NCBI GenBank assembly: GCA_047602425.1
Contig: JASGHG010000001.1
Coordinates: 704,001 to 768,000 of the forward strand
Length of the DNA stretch: 64,000 nt
Reading direction: 5' to 3'
DNA from: Nibricoccus sp.
Lineage (GTDB): Bacteria > Verrucomicrobiota > Verrucomicrobiia > Opitutales > Opitutaceae
A program made the translations under genes and the position numbers. Below, in pieces: positions 41,296 to 51,185 of this stretch. How positions within the stretch are numbered: position 1 is the stretch's first letter; every line of letters begins with the position of its first letter. Below the pieces are notes generated by a model. The model was given only the letters and a program-made list of their open reading frames with translations, searched no databases and was not told the origin of the DNA.

Positions 41296-42450
41296 ATGTC
41301 TTCTCCGAATCCAGACGACGTCCCGCCGCTGCCGCTCCTCACGCAACCGACGAATAAAGTCACCAAACGCATCTTCGTCGCCGCCACGCGCATGAACGAT
41401 GGTAAGACGACGACCTGCCTCGGCTTGTTCGCCGCCATCCAATCGCTGTATCCAAGAGTTGGATTCATCAAGCCCGTCGGCCAGCGTTTCGTCGAAGTCG
41501 ACGGCCATCAGGTCGACGAAGACTCTTACCTGCTCGATGTGATCTACAACGTGCATGTGCCTATCGAGAGCATGAGCCCGGTGACGGTTGACGGCACCTT
41601 CACGCGCCGCTTTCTGAAACATCCCGGTGAAACACTTCCCCTCCTCGAAGATAAAATCTGCCGTGCCTTCGACCGCGTTTCCTGGGAAAAAGATTTCACC
41701 ATTATCGAGGGCACCGGTCACGCCGGCGTAGGCTCGGTCTTCGATCTCTCGAATGCCCGCGTGGCGAAGCTCCTCAACGCCAAGGTCATTCTCGTCGCCG
41801 CCGGCGGCATCGGCCGGCCGGTGGACGAACTGGCCCTCAACAAAGCCCTCTTCGACAAGGAAGGCGTTGAAGTGATCGGTGCTATCCTCAACAAAGTCGA
41901 ACCCGACAAAATGTCGCTCGTCGCCGAATATGCCGGTCTCGGGCTGGAACGCCTCGGCGTGCCACTGCTCGGAGTTTTGCCGATTCAAAAAGTGCTGACC
42001 GCGCCCAACCTTTCGCAGATCGCCGAGGAGATCGACGGCAAGTGGCTCAATGGCCGCCGCAGCGCACGCCAACGCGTACAACGCGTCGTCGTCGGCGCGA
42101 TGACCGCCAAAGGCATCGTCGACTACATCCAGCCCGGCGTGCTCATCATTACGCCCGGCGACCGCGACGACATCATTCTCGCCGCGATCTCCAGCGGAAA
42201 ACTGACCGGTGAACGCACTATTGCCGGCATCATCCTGACGAACGACATCCCCCCGCACGAAAAGCTTTTGGAACTGCTCGCGCAGACCGACATTCCCGTC
42301 ATTGCCGCAAAAGAGGAAAGCTACACGATCACCTCCAAGATCAATAGCATGACAGTAAAAACTCAACCGCAGGATACCGACAAGATTCCTGTGATCAAGA
42401 GCCTGATCACCGACCACGTCGACCTGCAAAAACTGCTGGCAGCGTTTTAA
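41296..42450 (+). CDS. BioD-like P-loop plus DRTGG domain protein (homologue of the N-terminal half of long Pta)
   Basis: GKTT, GFIKPVGQ, IIEGTGH, ILNKV, ITPGDRDD (DRTGG-type). Confidence 0.8.
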   Translation: MSSPNPDDVPPLPLLTQPTNKVTKRIFVAATRMNDGKTTTCLGLFAAIQSLYPRVGFIKPVGQRFVEVDGHQVDEDSYLLDVIYNVHVPIESMSPVTVDGTFTRRFLKHPGETLPLLEDKICRAFDRVSWEKDFTIIEGTGHAGVGSVFDLSNARVAKLLNAKVILVAAGGIGRPVDELALNKALFDKEGVEVIGAILNKVEPDKMSLVAEYAGLGLERLGVPLLGVLPIQKVLTAPNLSQIAEEIDGKWLNGRRSARQRVQRVVVGAMTAKGIVDYIQPGVLIITPGDRDDIILAAISSGKLTGERTIAGIILTNDIPPHEKLLELLAQTDIPVIAAKEESYTITSKINSMTVKTQPQDTDKIPVIKSLITDHVDLQKLLAAF

Positions 42451-42625
42451 GGAAAACCTGCGCTCGTCAGCGATGGTCAGCGGATAAATATTCCTCTTCG
42501 CTGCCTCCGCTTCTTCGCATTGGTGCGAACTTCCATGGCAGCCGCCTGGGGACGCTGTCCTCCGTCTTTAACACCTGCCAACAAAATGTCGCGCGTGGCG
42601 AGTGTTTGGTTCATCGTGACGGGTC

Positions 42626-44425
42626 ATGAAGTCGCCTGAAGCGCAACCATCCAGCCGCCTCGCTCCGTGGGATCTTTTGCTCGATGGACGTTTCAAATCG
42701 AAACGCCCGGGCCGCACGTTGTGGGCGCTATTCTCGGGCGAGCGCCTGTCGATCGCGATCGCCGTCCTTCTCTATGTGATCAAGCAAGCGCCCGCATCAC
42801 TGCTTCCGCTCGCGGTTGGCATGATCATCGATGCGCTCACGCCGGTGAAGGACGAGTCGTTTCGCCGCATTCTTTGGATCGCCGCCGGTTATCTCGCCCT
42901 TCTCGCGCAAAATCCGATCATGCACACGCTCTTCGTGCGCGTGATGAGCCGGCTGCTGCGTCACATGCAGTTCATTTTGCGCAGCGCCCTCGTCGAGCGG
43001 TTGCAACAACTCGCCATAACCTTCTACGACACCCAACAAAGCGCCGCGCTTCAAATCAAGATCCTGCGCGACGTCGAGGCGGTCGACGGACTTTGCCGCC
43101 ACTTGATGCACAATGGCCTCAATGGCGCGCTCATCATTGTTTACGTGACTGTGATCGCGTTGATGAAACAGCCGATGCTCGCATTGTATTTTCTCGTGAC
43201 CGTGCCGGCCGGCATCGTCCTGCTTAAACTTTTCGACCGACGGTTCCAAAAGCATTATCAGGCCTTGCGCGAGGAAACGGAGCAGATGAACGCCCGCGTG
43301 AGCGATATGCTTCACATGCTGCCCGTCACGCGTGCGCATGGCCTGGAAGATTTCGAGGCGCGGGGCGTGCGGACGTTTTTCCATCGCTTGCGCAAACGCG
43401 GCCTCGAAGTCGATACGGTCACCGAACTTTTTGCCTCGATCTCGTGGGTCACGTTCAGCCTGTTCCAACTCGCGTGTTTGATCTTCTCGGCGTGGCTTGT
43501 GGTGAAAGGCAAAATCTCGGTCGGCGAAGCAGTGATGTATCACACGTATTTTGGCATGTTGATTGGTTCGGTGCAGCAAGTGTTGAGCGTTTTCCCCGCG
43601 CTGGCGCAGGGCACCGAGGCCATTCGCTCGATCGGCGAGGTGCTGGAGGCGCCGCAGCTCGAAATTCACGAAGGCAAGCCCGAGGCGCCGAATCCCCTGC
43701 GCGGCGAGATCAAATTCGAAAACGTCAGCTACACCTACTCGTATGGCCGCGAGGTGGCGTTGAGCGATATTTCACTCACCATCACGCCGGGCGAAACGGT
43801 CGCCTTTGTCGGTGAATCGGGCGCGGGCAAATCGACGCTCGTCAATCTCGCAATCGGTTTTCGCCAGCCGGCGAACGGGCGCGTGCTGCTCGATGGATTG
43901 GATCTTCGCGACATCGATCTGCGCACCTATCGCCAGCAGATTGGCGTGGTGCCGCAGTCGACGATTCTCTTCGCCGGAACGCTACGCGACAACCTCACCT
44001 ATGGGCTTGCCGGCATCGGTGACGACGCGTTGTGGACAATTTTGAAACAGGCCAACCTTGAAGCCTTCGCGCGCGAACTGCCGCAAGGCCTCAATACACC
44101 ACTCGGCGAAAGCGGCACGCGCATGTCCGGTGGGCAACGCCAACGACTCGCCATCGCCAGAGCCTTGCTCCGCAAACCGCGCCTGATCCTGCTCGACGAA
44201 GCGACCTCGGCGCTCGACACCGAGTCGGAGCGGCTTGTACAAGAGGCGCTGGTTCGGCTCACGACTGGCAGAACAACGCTGATCGTCGCCCATCGTTTTT
44301 CCACAATCCGGCACGCGCACAGAATCGTGGTATTAAGCCAAGGCCGCATCGTCGAAATCGGCACACACGAAGAGTTGCTGGCGATGAAAGGCCACTTTTA
44401 CCGTCTGGCGAAACTGCAAACCTAG
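42626..44425 (+). CDS. ABC exporter, fused permease/ATPase
   Basis: TM domain; GESGAGKST, MSGGQRQR, LLDEATSALD, AHR. Confidence 0.93.
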   Translation: MKSPEAQPSSRLAPWDLLLDGRFKSKRPGRTLWALFSGERLSIAIAVLLYVIKQAPASLLPLAVGMIIDALTPVKDESFRRILWIAAGYLALLAQNPIMHTLFVRVMSRLLRHMQFILRSALVERLQQLAITFYDTQQSAALQIKILRDVEAVDGLCRHLMHNGLNGALIIVYVTVIALMKQPMLALYFLVTVPAGIVLLKLFDRRFQKHYQALREETEQMNARVSDMLHMLPVTRAHGLEDFEARGVRTFFHRLRKRGLEVDTVTELFASISWVTFSLFQLACLIFSAWLVVKGKISVGEAVMYHTYFGMLIGSVQQVLSVFPALAQGTEAIRSIGEVLEAPQLEIHEGKPEAPNPLRGEIKFENVSYTYSYGREVALSDISLTITPGETVAFVGESGAGKSTLVNLAIGFRQPANGRVLLDGLDLRDIDLRTYRQQIGVVPQSTILFAGTLRDNLTYGLAGIGDDALWTILKQANLEAFARELPQGLNTPLGESGTRMSGGQRQRLAIARALLRKPRLILLDEATSALDTESERLVQEALVRLTTGRTTLIVAHRFSTIRHAHRIVVLSQGRIVEIGTHEELLAMKGHFYRLAKLQT

Positions 44426-44578
44426 CAGGAGATCGCAGCGGGTGCGTCCCCGTATCCAACAACCGTAACAAAGAATATCGACAAATGGCGGTTGGCCGAC
44501 ATTCCTTAAGTCCGGCCTAGAGGAAAACCCAGCTGGAGATAGCACCTTCGCTCGACGCCCGACTTACAAAGTAAACCC

Positions 44579-45031
44579 GTGAAAATCGCCCTGCTTATAC
44601 TCGTCGCATGCCTGATTGGAATGAGCTACCACTGTCAGCAAAAGGTTCATGCCCGAAAAGTCGTCGCCAATGCCAAACCTGATGCCTGCGGTTTTATCCC
44701 TCTGCCGCCACCGAACGATGACGACCCACACAAGGTAATCATTTGGAGTCCTTTAAACTGCCCGAGCGAGGCAGGGAGAAAATCAGACGCTCTCGCTGAA
44801 GCGCTAAAGAAAGCTGGAATTCCCTGCGTCCAAATAGCCCAAGTTTCCTTCCCCGGTATGAACAGCGACCAACTCGTCATCATCGACAAAGTATTCACTT
44901 GGGAGAATCCTATCGTGTTCGTTAACATGCGGGTCAAAAGCAGACCAACCATAGACGAAACCATTGCGGAGTATCGACAGATTTCCAAAGCGTCTTCCGC
45001 AAATCTCACAAAAAAACCCAAAATCTACTGA
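44579..45031 (+). CDS. Hypothetical exported protein, possible glutaredoxin-like fold
   Basis: Signal-like N-terminus; VIIWSPLNCP..helix..GIP..PIVFVN pattern. Confidence 0.5.
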   Translation: MKIALLILVACLIGMSYHCQQKVHARKVVANAKPDACGFIPLPPPNDDDPHKVIIWSPLNCPSEAGRKSDALAEALKKAGIPCVQIAQVSFPGMNSDQLVIIDKVFTWENPIVFVNMRVKSRPTIDETIAEYRQISKASSANLTKKPKIY

Positions 45032-45071
45032 GGCTGAACAGGACATCTGCCACTGGCGCCGGGCGTAGAGA

Positions 45072-46673
45072 TTACAGCTGGTTCTCCACCCAGGGGATCA
45101 GCGAGTAGAGAAAGGACTTTGTGCGCTGCCACCATGAAGTGGCGTGCTCGAAATAAATCGTCACGGGGCGGCCGTCCTGCTCGCCGGTCCAGGAGAGAAA
45201 CCTTTCCTCGCGCCAATTGCCGCGGTCAGGGCGGTATTCCCAGGTTTTATGCAGATTCACGCGCCAGCTGCGGCGGGGTGAAAAATCTTCGTCGAGATAT
45301 TCCACCATTTGCGCGGCGAGTTTTTTGCTCCGCACAAGGACGGCGATCTCGGTGTTGAGACTGACGGAGCGGGGATCGAGGTTGGCGCTGCCGATATAGA
45401 CGCGCTCGCGGTCGAAGACATTCACCTTGGAATGAAGCGACGAAAGCGAGGAACGCGGACGATACCACCGGCGCTCGCTGCGCGTGAGGGCGGCTTGCGC
45501 CTTGTATTCGTAGAGTTCGATGCCGAGATCGAGCAGGTTGTAGCGATAACGTTTGTAGGCGGCGTAGACCAGCGAAACGTCCGTCGCGGGCAGGCCCGAT
45601 GTAATCACCTTCACCTTCACTCCGCGTTCGCGCAACCGAGCGAGTTGCAAGCCCAACTCCTCCGTAGGTACAAGGTAGGCGGACTCGATGAGCAATTCCT
45701 CCCGCGTGTTCTCGAATTCCTGGGCGAGCCGTTGCGAGACCTGGGTTGTTTCGTGGCTGGCCTTTTGAATTTTACGCGGAGGCTCACAAATGATTTCTCC
45801 CTCCGCCCAGACGAGTTGGTTTTGCGTGAGCAGACCCTCGAGGTAGTTGTGCCAGCGCTCGTCGTTTTCCGATTCGAAGGCGTCGATCGTGAGGACGCGC
45901 TCCGCTAATTGCACCTTCAGGCGTTGGAGGTCTTCGGAGTTCGCGGGCCGTCGCACAAAGCGCGAGGCCGGCACGGACCATTGGCTGTTCCAATATTCGT
46001 CGAAGGCATGTGAAGCGTCGCTGGTGAGCGGACCGGCCACAAGGAGATCGAAGTCGCGAAAATTGCTCTCTGAATCGAGGCTGAAATAGTTGTTTCCGAT
46101 GTTTCGGCCGCCAATGATCGAGACGGCGTTGTCGACGATGAAAATCTTGTTGTGCATGCGCCGAACCATGCGATCGAAGTCAAAAGCGTACTGCGGCAGA
46201 CGGGCCCAGCGGGCGCGAAAACGAAAGGGATTGAAAACGCGGACCTGAATGTTCGGATGCGCGCAGAGCGTGGCCATCTCACGGTCATCGCTGAGATTGT
46301 TGTCGTCGAGCAGCAGGCGCACGCGCACACCGCGATCGGCCGCAGCGATGAGCCTTTGGAAAAAATAAGAGCCCGAAGCATCGGGGTCGCAAATGTAGTA
46401 CTGCGCGTCGATCGTGCGCTCCGCGACGTCCGCCAGCGCAGTGCGCGCGACGAGGGCTTCGCGGCCGTATTCGAGAAGCTTGAAGCCAGACTGGCCGGGA
46501 TGCGCCTGTACATGCGGCAGAAGCATGCGGCCGAGTTTGGTCGTGTCCGCCTGCTCCAAGGCCCGGGATTTTTCCGCCGCCAGATGCGGCCGGATTGAAA
46601 CACAACCAACACCAAGGCACGCGACCGCCCCTAGCAAAAAAAGCCGGAGGAACGCTGTGCGTTGGTTCGCCAT
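45072..46673 (-). CDS. Phospholipase D family (ClsC/YmdC-like) protein, probable lipoprotein
   Basis: Two HKD motifs (MHNKIFIVD..GGRN and LHSKVNVFD..GSANLDPRS); lipobox-like VGC. Confidence 0.88.
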   Translation of the reverse strand: MANQRTAFLRLFLLGAVACLGVGCVSIRPHLAAEKSRALEQADTTKLGRMLLPHVQAHPGQSGFKLLEYGREALVARTALADVAERTIDAQYYICDPDASGSYFFQRLIAAADRGVRVRLLLDDNNLSDDREMATLCAHPNIQVRVFNPFRFRARWARLPQYAFDFDRMVRRMHNKIFIVDNAVSIIGGRNIGNNYFSLDSESNFRDFDLLVAGPLTSDASHAFDEYWNSQWSVPASRFVRRPANSEDLQRLKVQLAERVLTIDAFESENDERWHNYLEGLLTQNQLVWAEGEIICEPPRKIQKASHETTQVSQRLAQEFENTREELLIESAYLVPTEELGLQLARLRERGVKVKVITSGLPATDVSLVYAAYKRYRYNLLDLGIELYEYKAQAALTRSERRWYRPRSSLSSLHSKVNVFDRERVYIGSANLDPRSVSLNTEIAVLVRSKKLAAQMVEYLDEDFSPRRSWRVNLHKTWEYRPDRGNWREERFLSWTGEQDGRPVTIYFEHATSWWQRTKSFLYSLIPWVENQL

Positions 46674-46796
46674 GAAAGGCAGTCACAACAAAGCTGCGCG
46701 TGCCAATTGGCAAGGCCCGGCACACGGCGAATCCCTTCGCGGCCTCAAAACACCGTTTGCGCTACGCACAGAATGTATTGTAGATTTTTCATCAAC

Positions 46797-48440
46797 GTGC
46801 CCCCCACACCTCCAAGCCGCAGTTCGCAATCTCAGTCTGCAAATGCCTTTCCGGCCTCGCAGGCGCTGAATGCCAATGCTCCGCTGTTCTTCCAACGGCT
46901 GATGCAGAGCCTGCCCGACCGCATTTATTTTAAGGATACGGAAGGCCGTTTTCTCGCCATCAGCCACGCCCACGCCGCATCGCTCGGCCTCAGCAGCCCG
47001 GATCAGGCCATCGGCAAAACGGATTTCGATTTCTTCGAAAAAGCCCTTGCCCGCCAAAAATTCGCGGATGAGCGCGACATCATCCGCACTGGTATGGGTT
47101 TTTTCGGCAAAGAAGAACGCGCCCGTTCCAGCACTGGGAAAACACGCTGGGTCATGACCTCCAAACAACCACTGCTTGGAGACAATGGTGAGATCATCGG
47201 CACTTTTGGAATCTCTCGGGATATTACAGACATGAGGCTGGCCCGCGAGGCACTTGAAGCCCACCACCGACTCCTCGAAACCCTCATCGATATTCTTCCG
47301 TGTCGGATTTTCATCAAGGACGACGAAGGCCGCATCCGCCTCACCAATGCCGCTTATCGGGAAGCGCTCGGCATAAAAAACCCGGCGGACATCGAAGGTC
47401 GCAGGCTCGATGAACTCATCAACGATCCGCGGTCCGGAACGGTCGTCGCCGACGACGAATCCGTACTCGAACACGGCGTCTCCATTCTGAATCGCGAAGA
47501 ATACGACACCAGTCCACTGGGGCGAAATCGCTGGATGCTGCTTTCCAAGGTGCCGCTCCGCGATGCAGACGGACAAATCCAAGGCATCGTCGGCATGTCG
47601 GCCGACATCACGGCGCAAAAAGATGCCGAAGCCCGCGCCCTCGCTGTCCAGCGCGAACTCGAAGCCAAAAATCAACAGATGGAATCTGAGCTCGCGGTCG
47701 CTCGAGAACTTCAGACCGAGCTCATGTCCTCCAGCATGCAAAGTGTGCGCGAAGAGCTGGAGACCACCGCTCCGTTCATCCCGAGCATCGGCTTCCACTA
47801 CGAGCCCTGCGAATACCTCGCGGGCGACTTTTTTCAGGCCATCCCCTACTCGCGAAAAAGTTTCGGTCTGCTTCTGTGCGATGTGATGGGCCATGGCGTA
47901 AAAGCGGCCCTTGTAACCACGCTTATTCGCGGTCTGCTGAGCGACGTTCGCAGCAAACAACTTCAACCCGCCCAAGTGCTCGAACAGCTCAACGAACGAC
48001 TTTGTCCCCTGCTCGACCGACCGCCGCTGCCCCGCTTCGTGACCGCGTTGTACGCACGAGTCGACCTTGCCAGCGGCACCATCGATATCGCGAGCGGCGG
48101 TCACCCGTGGCCGCTTCTCTTGCGCCAGCAGGTAGGTGCCGTGCCGCTCACCAGCGAGCAATGTGGTCCAGCTTTAGGGTTCGTTCGCGGCGCGACTTAT
48201 ACTGCAGTCACGCACACCCTGACCCGCGGCGACCGGCTCTTCCTGTTCACCGACGGCTGGATCGAAGAGCACAATGCCTCAGGCGAAGAGTTCGGCACGA
48301 CGCGCCTGACGGAAGCCCTGGCCAAGACCCACGATCTGCCTGCGGAAAAAGTACTGGCGCGACTCGCAACTGAAATCGCAGCGTTCTCAGGCCGTTCGCA
48401 ACGCGACGACGATCTTTGCGGTGTATTGTTGGGAGTTTGA
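46797..48440 (+). CDS. PAS-PAS-SpoIIE (RsbU-like PP2C) phosphatase
   Basis: Two IY/FxKD..GR PAS/PAC units; GDFF, DVMGHG, FTDG, DDL. Start uncertain. Confidence 0.88.
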   Translation: MPPTPPSRSSQSQSANAFPASQALNANAPLFFQRLMQSLPDRIYFKDTEGRFLAISHAHAASLGLSSPDQAIGKTDFDFFEKALARQKFADERDIIRTGMGFFGKEERARSSTGKTRWVMTSKQPLLGDNGEIIGTFGISRDITDMRLAREALEAHHRLLETLIDILPCRIFIKDDEGRIRLTNAAYREALGIKNPADIEGRRLDELINDPRSGTVVADDESVLEHGVSILNREEYDTSPLGRNRWMLLSKVPLRDADGQIQGIVGMSADITAQKDAEARALAVQRELEAKNQQMESELAVARELQTELMSSSMQSVREELETTAPFIPSIGFHYEPCEYLAGDFFQAIPYSRKSFGLLLCDVMGHGVKAALVTTLIRGLLSDVRSKQLQPAQVLEQLNERLCPLLDRPPLPRFVTALYARVDLASGTIDIASGGHPWPLLLRQQVGAVPLTSEQCGPALGFVRGATYTAVTHTLTRGDRLFLFTDGWIEEHNASGEEFGTTRLTEALAKTHDLPAEKVLARLATEIAAFSGRSQRDDDLCGVLLGV

Positions 48441-48486
48441 CCTCGAACTCACGCGTTTCAACGCCGCGTTTCCGCCGCTCAAGCCG

Positions 48487-49356
48487 TCACTTCGACTTGT
48501 CGATTTTAGCAAGTTCGGCACGGGCCAACTGAAACTCGGGGAAAGTATGCAACTGGGTCGCCACACAACGCTCAAAATGCGCGCGGGCCGCGGCCTTGTC
48601 GCCCTTGGCCAGACGGACGGCGCCTGCATAATAAGCGCCTTCGCACTTTTGCTCGCGTACGGCTTTTGGAGTTCCTTGGGCGGCGAGTTCCATCAAGCCG
48701 TCCTCGGTGAGTTCGCCCGCTAGAAACCGGCCGACGGATTTTTTCCAGCCATCCTTCCAGCCAGCGACAGCGTTTTTAAACTCGGCATCGGCGGCTCCCG
48801 GCTTCTGCGGCAAACCAAGCAACAGAAGATAAAATCTCTGGTACGCGGCGTCGTCGGTCGCGAGCGCGACCGCCTGTTGGAAATCCGCGCGGGCGCCCTC
48901 AACGTCGCCCTTCTGAAGTTTGACGCAACCGCGGTTCCGGTAGACCACGGCATTTTTTTGATCGAGCGAAATAGCTTTGGTGTAGTCGTCGATCGCACCG
49001 GCAAGGTCTCCTTGGTCGACGCGGGCCACGGCGCGGTTGATGTACGGAACCCGGCGCGAGGGATCGAGAGCGATGGCTTGCGTAAAGTCGGCGATGGCAT
49101 CCTCCAGTGCGCCGATGTTGACGCGGGCGTTGCCGCGGGCGGCATAGGCGGAAGGATTTTTTGCGTCGAGCTCGATGGCTTTCGAAAACTCGATGATGGC
49201 GGCTTCGAAGTCTCCCTGTTTCGCCCGCGCTTGGCCGTTTTCGTAATAGGTCTTGCCCGGAGAAGCGGTCTTTTCCTGACCGTGCACGACCACGGTCGAC
49301 CACAAAAACAGAACAGAAGAAATGAATGTGCCTATGATTCTACACGTCCACGCCAT
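48487..49356 (-). CDS. Exported TPR protein with an NlpI-like C-terminus
   Basis: Signal peptide; repeated AY.NRG..GD...AI.D(F/Y)..AI.LD; CEGAYYAG..EFQLA. Confidence 0.85.
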   Translation of the reverse strand: MAWTCRIIGTFISSVLFLWSTVVVHGQEKTASPGKTYYENGQARAKQGDFEAAIIEFSKAIELDAKNPSAYAARGNARVNIGALEDAIADFTQAIALDPSRRVPYINRAVARVDQGDLAGAIDDYTKAISLDQKNAVVYRNRGCVKLQKGDVEGARADFQQAVALATDDAAYQRFYLLLLGLPQKPGAADAEFKNAVAGWKDGWKKSVGRFLAGELTEDGLMELAAQGTPKAVREQKCEGAYYAGAVRLAKGDKAAARAHFERCVATQLHTFPEFQLARAELAKIDKSK

Positions 49357-49503
49357 GGTCGAAACAGATGATGATTAGAAACTCCCGTTACCTAACTACC
49401 GCAGAGCTGTAGTGGTCTCCCCCCGCCCCGTCGAGAGCAATCCCACAACCTTCTGCCGGCTGGGTGGGTTATAAAGGGAGTTTTAAAACCTTTTGACCAG
49501 TTT

Positions 49504-50136
49504 CTACCCCCGCAAGGGCTGGAGCGCGGGCGCACCTGACCGCTCCGGGTGCAGGTATATCGAAAGCATCTTGCGCAATTTCACGCGGGCCCGCACCAGT
49601 CGCGATTCCACGCCTTTTTCCGAGCAGCCGACAATTTCCGCGATCTCCCGATAGGAAAGATCTTCGTACTCGTAGAGGAGAAGCGCTGTGCGAAGTTCAT
49701 GGGGGAGTTCGGCGATGGCGGCCTTAAGCGCATCGACATGCTCGGCATGTTGCGCGTCGTGGTCGGGGCCACGGGCTGGGGAAACAAGATAGTCCTGCCG
49801 GGTGGTCGAAACCTCGTTATCGGTGGACGCCGGCTCGTCGAGCGAAACGGTGGGATGCCGTCCCTGCCAGCGGCGGTGGTTGCGACATAGATTGGCCGCA
49901 ATGGTGAAAGCCCACGTGGAAAAACTCGTGCCCGGCCGGAAGCGTTCGCGATGCAGATAGACACGCACAAAAGTTTCTTGCACGAGATCGCGCGCAATCG
50001 CCTCGTTCTGCACGTAACGATAAACGAAACGAAGCAGCGGCGCTTCCCACAAAGTCATCAACTCGTTGAGTGCGGTTTGTCGCCCGCCCACCAAGGCTTG
50101 CATGAGATCGGCGCTTGTATCGTCGTGGGGCCGCAT
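49504..50136 (-). CDS. ECF sigma factor (CnrH-like)
   Basis: DLVQETF, FSTW.FTIA.NLCR, LSYREIA..VESRL.RAR. Confidence 0.92.
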   Translation of the reverse strand: MRPHDDTSADLMQALVGGRQTALNELMTLWEAPLLRFVYRYVQNEAIARDLVQETFVRVYLHRERFRPGTSFSTWAFTIAANLCRNHRRWQGRHPTVSLDEPASTDNEVSTTRQDYLVSPARGPDHDAQHAEHVDALKAAIAELPHELRTALLLYEYEDLSYREIAEIVGCSEKGVESRLVRARVKLRKMLSIYLHPERSGAPALQPLRG

Positions 50137-50145
50137 GGCTGGACG

Positions 50146-50544
50146 CTACCTTGGGACTTCGGGAGACTGGGTCTGCGGCGGCTTCTGTTGTTTGCGCGCC
50201 TCCAATAATTTCGCGTAGGCCTCGCGCTGCGGCGGCGTGAGCTCCGCGCAAACGGCCTCGATAAGTTTTGCGGTCGATTCGCCGCAAGCCTGCTTGAGCG
50301 CGGCTTTGCGGGCCGGGTCATCGCAGGTCTTTGTCTGCGCGCCGAGGCCGTTCATCGACGGGCAATGCTTCAAGTGGATGGCGCGGATCCGGTCAGCCTG
50401 CTCCGGTGTGAGAGCGAGCTTGTGGCTGAGCCATTTGATCTCGCAATCGAACCGCTTGTTTTCCGGACACGTGCGGAGAAAAACCGCATAAGCAACGCCA
50501 GCGGTCACACAGGCGAGAAGGAGGGCGATAAAAATGCGCTTCAT
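50146..50544 (-). CDS. Periplasmic heavy-metal sensor (CnrX/Spy/CpxP-like), Cys-rich
   Basis: N-terminal anchor; paired LTPEQ and LTPPQ motifs; HxxHC; 7 Cys in total. Confidence 0.7.
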   Translation of the reverse strand: MKRIFIALLLACVTAGVAYAVFLRTCPENKRFDCEIKWLSHKLALTPEQADRIRAIHLKHCPSMNGLGAQTKTCDDPARKAALKQACGESTAKLIEAVCAELTPPQREAYAKLLEARKQQKPPQTQSPEVPR

Positions 50545-50564
50545 TACAAAACCCTCGCGGAGGG

Positions 50565-50885
50565 TCAGCGGTTGCTCGTGTCGAGCATGCTCAGGTAACG
50601 CGCCGACATTTCAGAGTCGATCTGGTACGCATCATATTTCGCACGCAATTCTCCAACACCAATGCCTACCAGCAAACCCGCAGCCACCACCACCGCAATG
50701 GCGCGAGGCCGGGCAAAACTGGCATCAAGATCATAAATCGCCATCACCAACCGGCTGAACCATCCCGCCTTTCCTCCGCCGGCCTCGATGCGCTGCCATA
50801 CCGCGCCGGCCAGGCGGCCCGTCGGCGCAGGCACCTCGTTCCAGCTTTGGAGCAGAGGTTTAAGATTGTCGTGATTGGCGTTCAT
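50565..50885 (-). CDS. Single-TM putative anti-sigma factor (CnrY position)
   Basis: L..LL..W....P..L...VW.RI cytoplasmic motif, one TM, short periplasmic tail (Y..MLD). Confidence 0.6.
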   Translation of the reverse strand: MNANHDNLKPLLQSWNEVPAPTGRLAGAVWQRIEAGGGKAGWFSRLVMAIYDLDASFARPRAIAVVVAAGLLVGIGVGELRAKYDAYQIDSEMSARYLSMLDTSNR

Positions 50886-50927
50886 CAAAAACAGGAACAT
50901 CGAAGTGCCCCCGGCGGATTATTCCCC

Positions 50928-50970
50928 TTGCACGGGCGCCCTTGCGACTCGCGCAAGAGCAGCCCGGCAA
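50928..50970 (-). terminator. Stem-loop 3' of the Cys-rich peptide gene (terminator or mRNA-stabilising hairpin)
   Basis: CTTGCG/CGCAAG, CGGGC/GCCCG and TTGC/GCAA arms; the one mismatch becomes G-U on the minus strand; no U tract. Confidence 0.45.
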
Positions 50971-50984
50971 AAGGGAGTCTTGGA

Positions 50985-51185
50985 TTACTTCTTGGTTTCA
51001 GCGGAGCCCTTGTCTTTTTCCTTTTCGCAGGAGCCCTTGTCTTTGTCACAAGAACTCTTGTCCTTCGGGCACACACATGCGGCGTTTTTGTCAGCGCCGG
51101 AACATTTCTTGCAGGCTTCGCCCGCAAAAACGGACGAGAGACCGAGGACGGACATGGCAGTCAGAGCGAGGAGGAGTTTTTTCAT
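50985..51185 (-). CDS. 66-aa secreted Cys/Lys/Asp-rich peptide
   Basis: MKKLLLALTAMSVLGLSSVFA signal, then GEACKKCSGADKNAACVCPKDKSSCDKDKGSCEKEKDKGSAETKK (6 Cys). Confidence 0.8.
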   Translation of the reverse strand: MKKLLLALTAMSVLGLSSVFAGEACKKCSGADKNAACVCPKDKSSCDKDKGSCEKEKDKGSAETKK

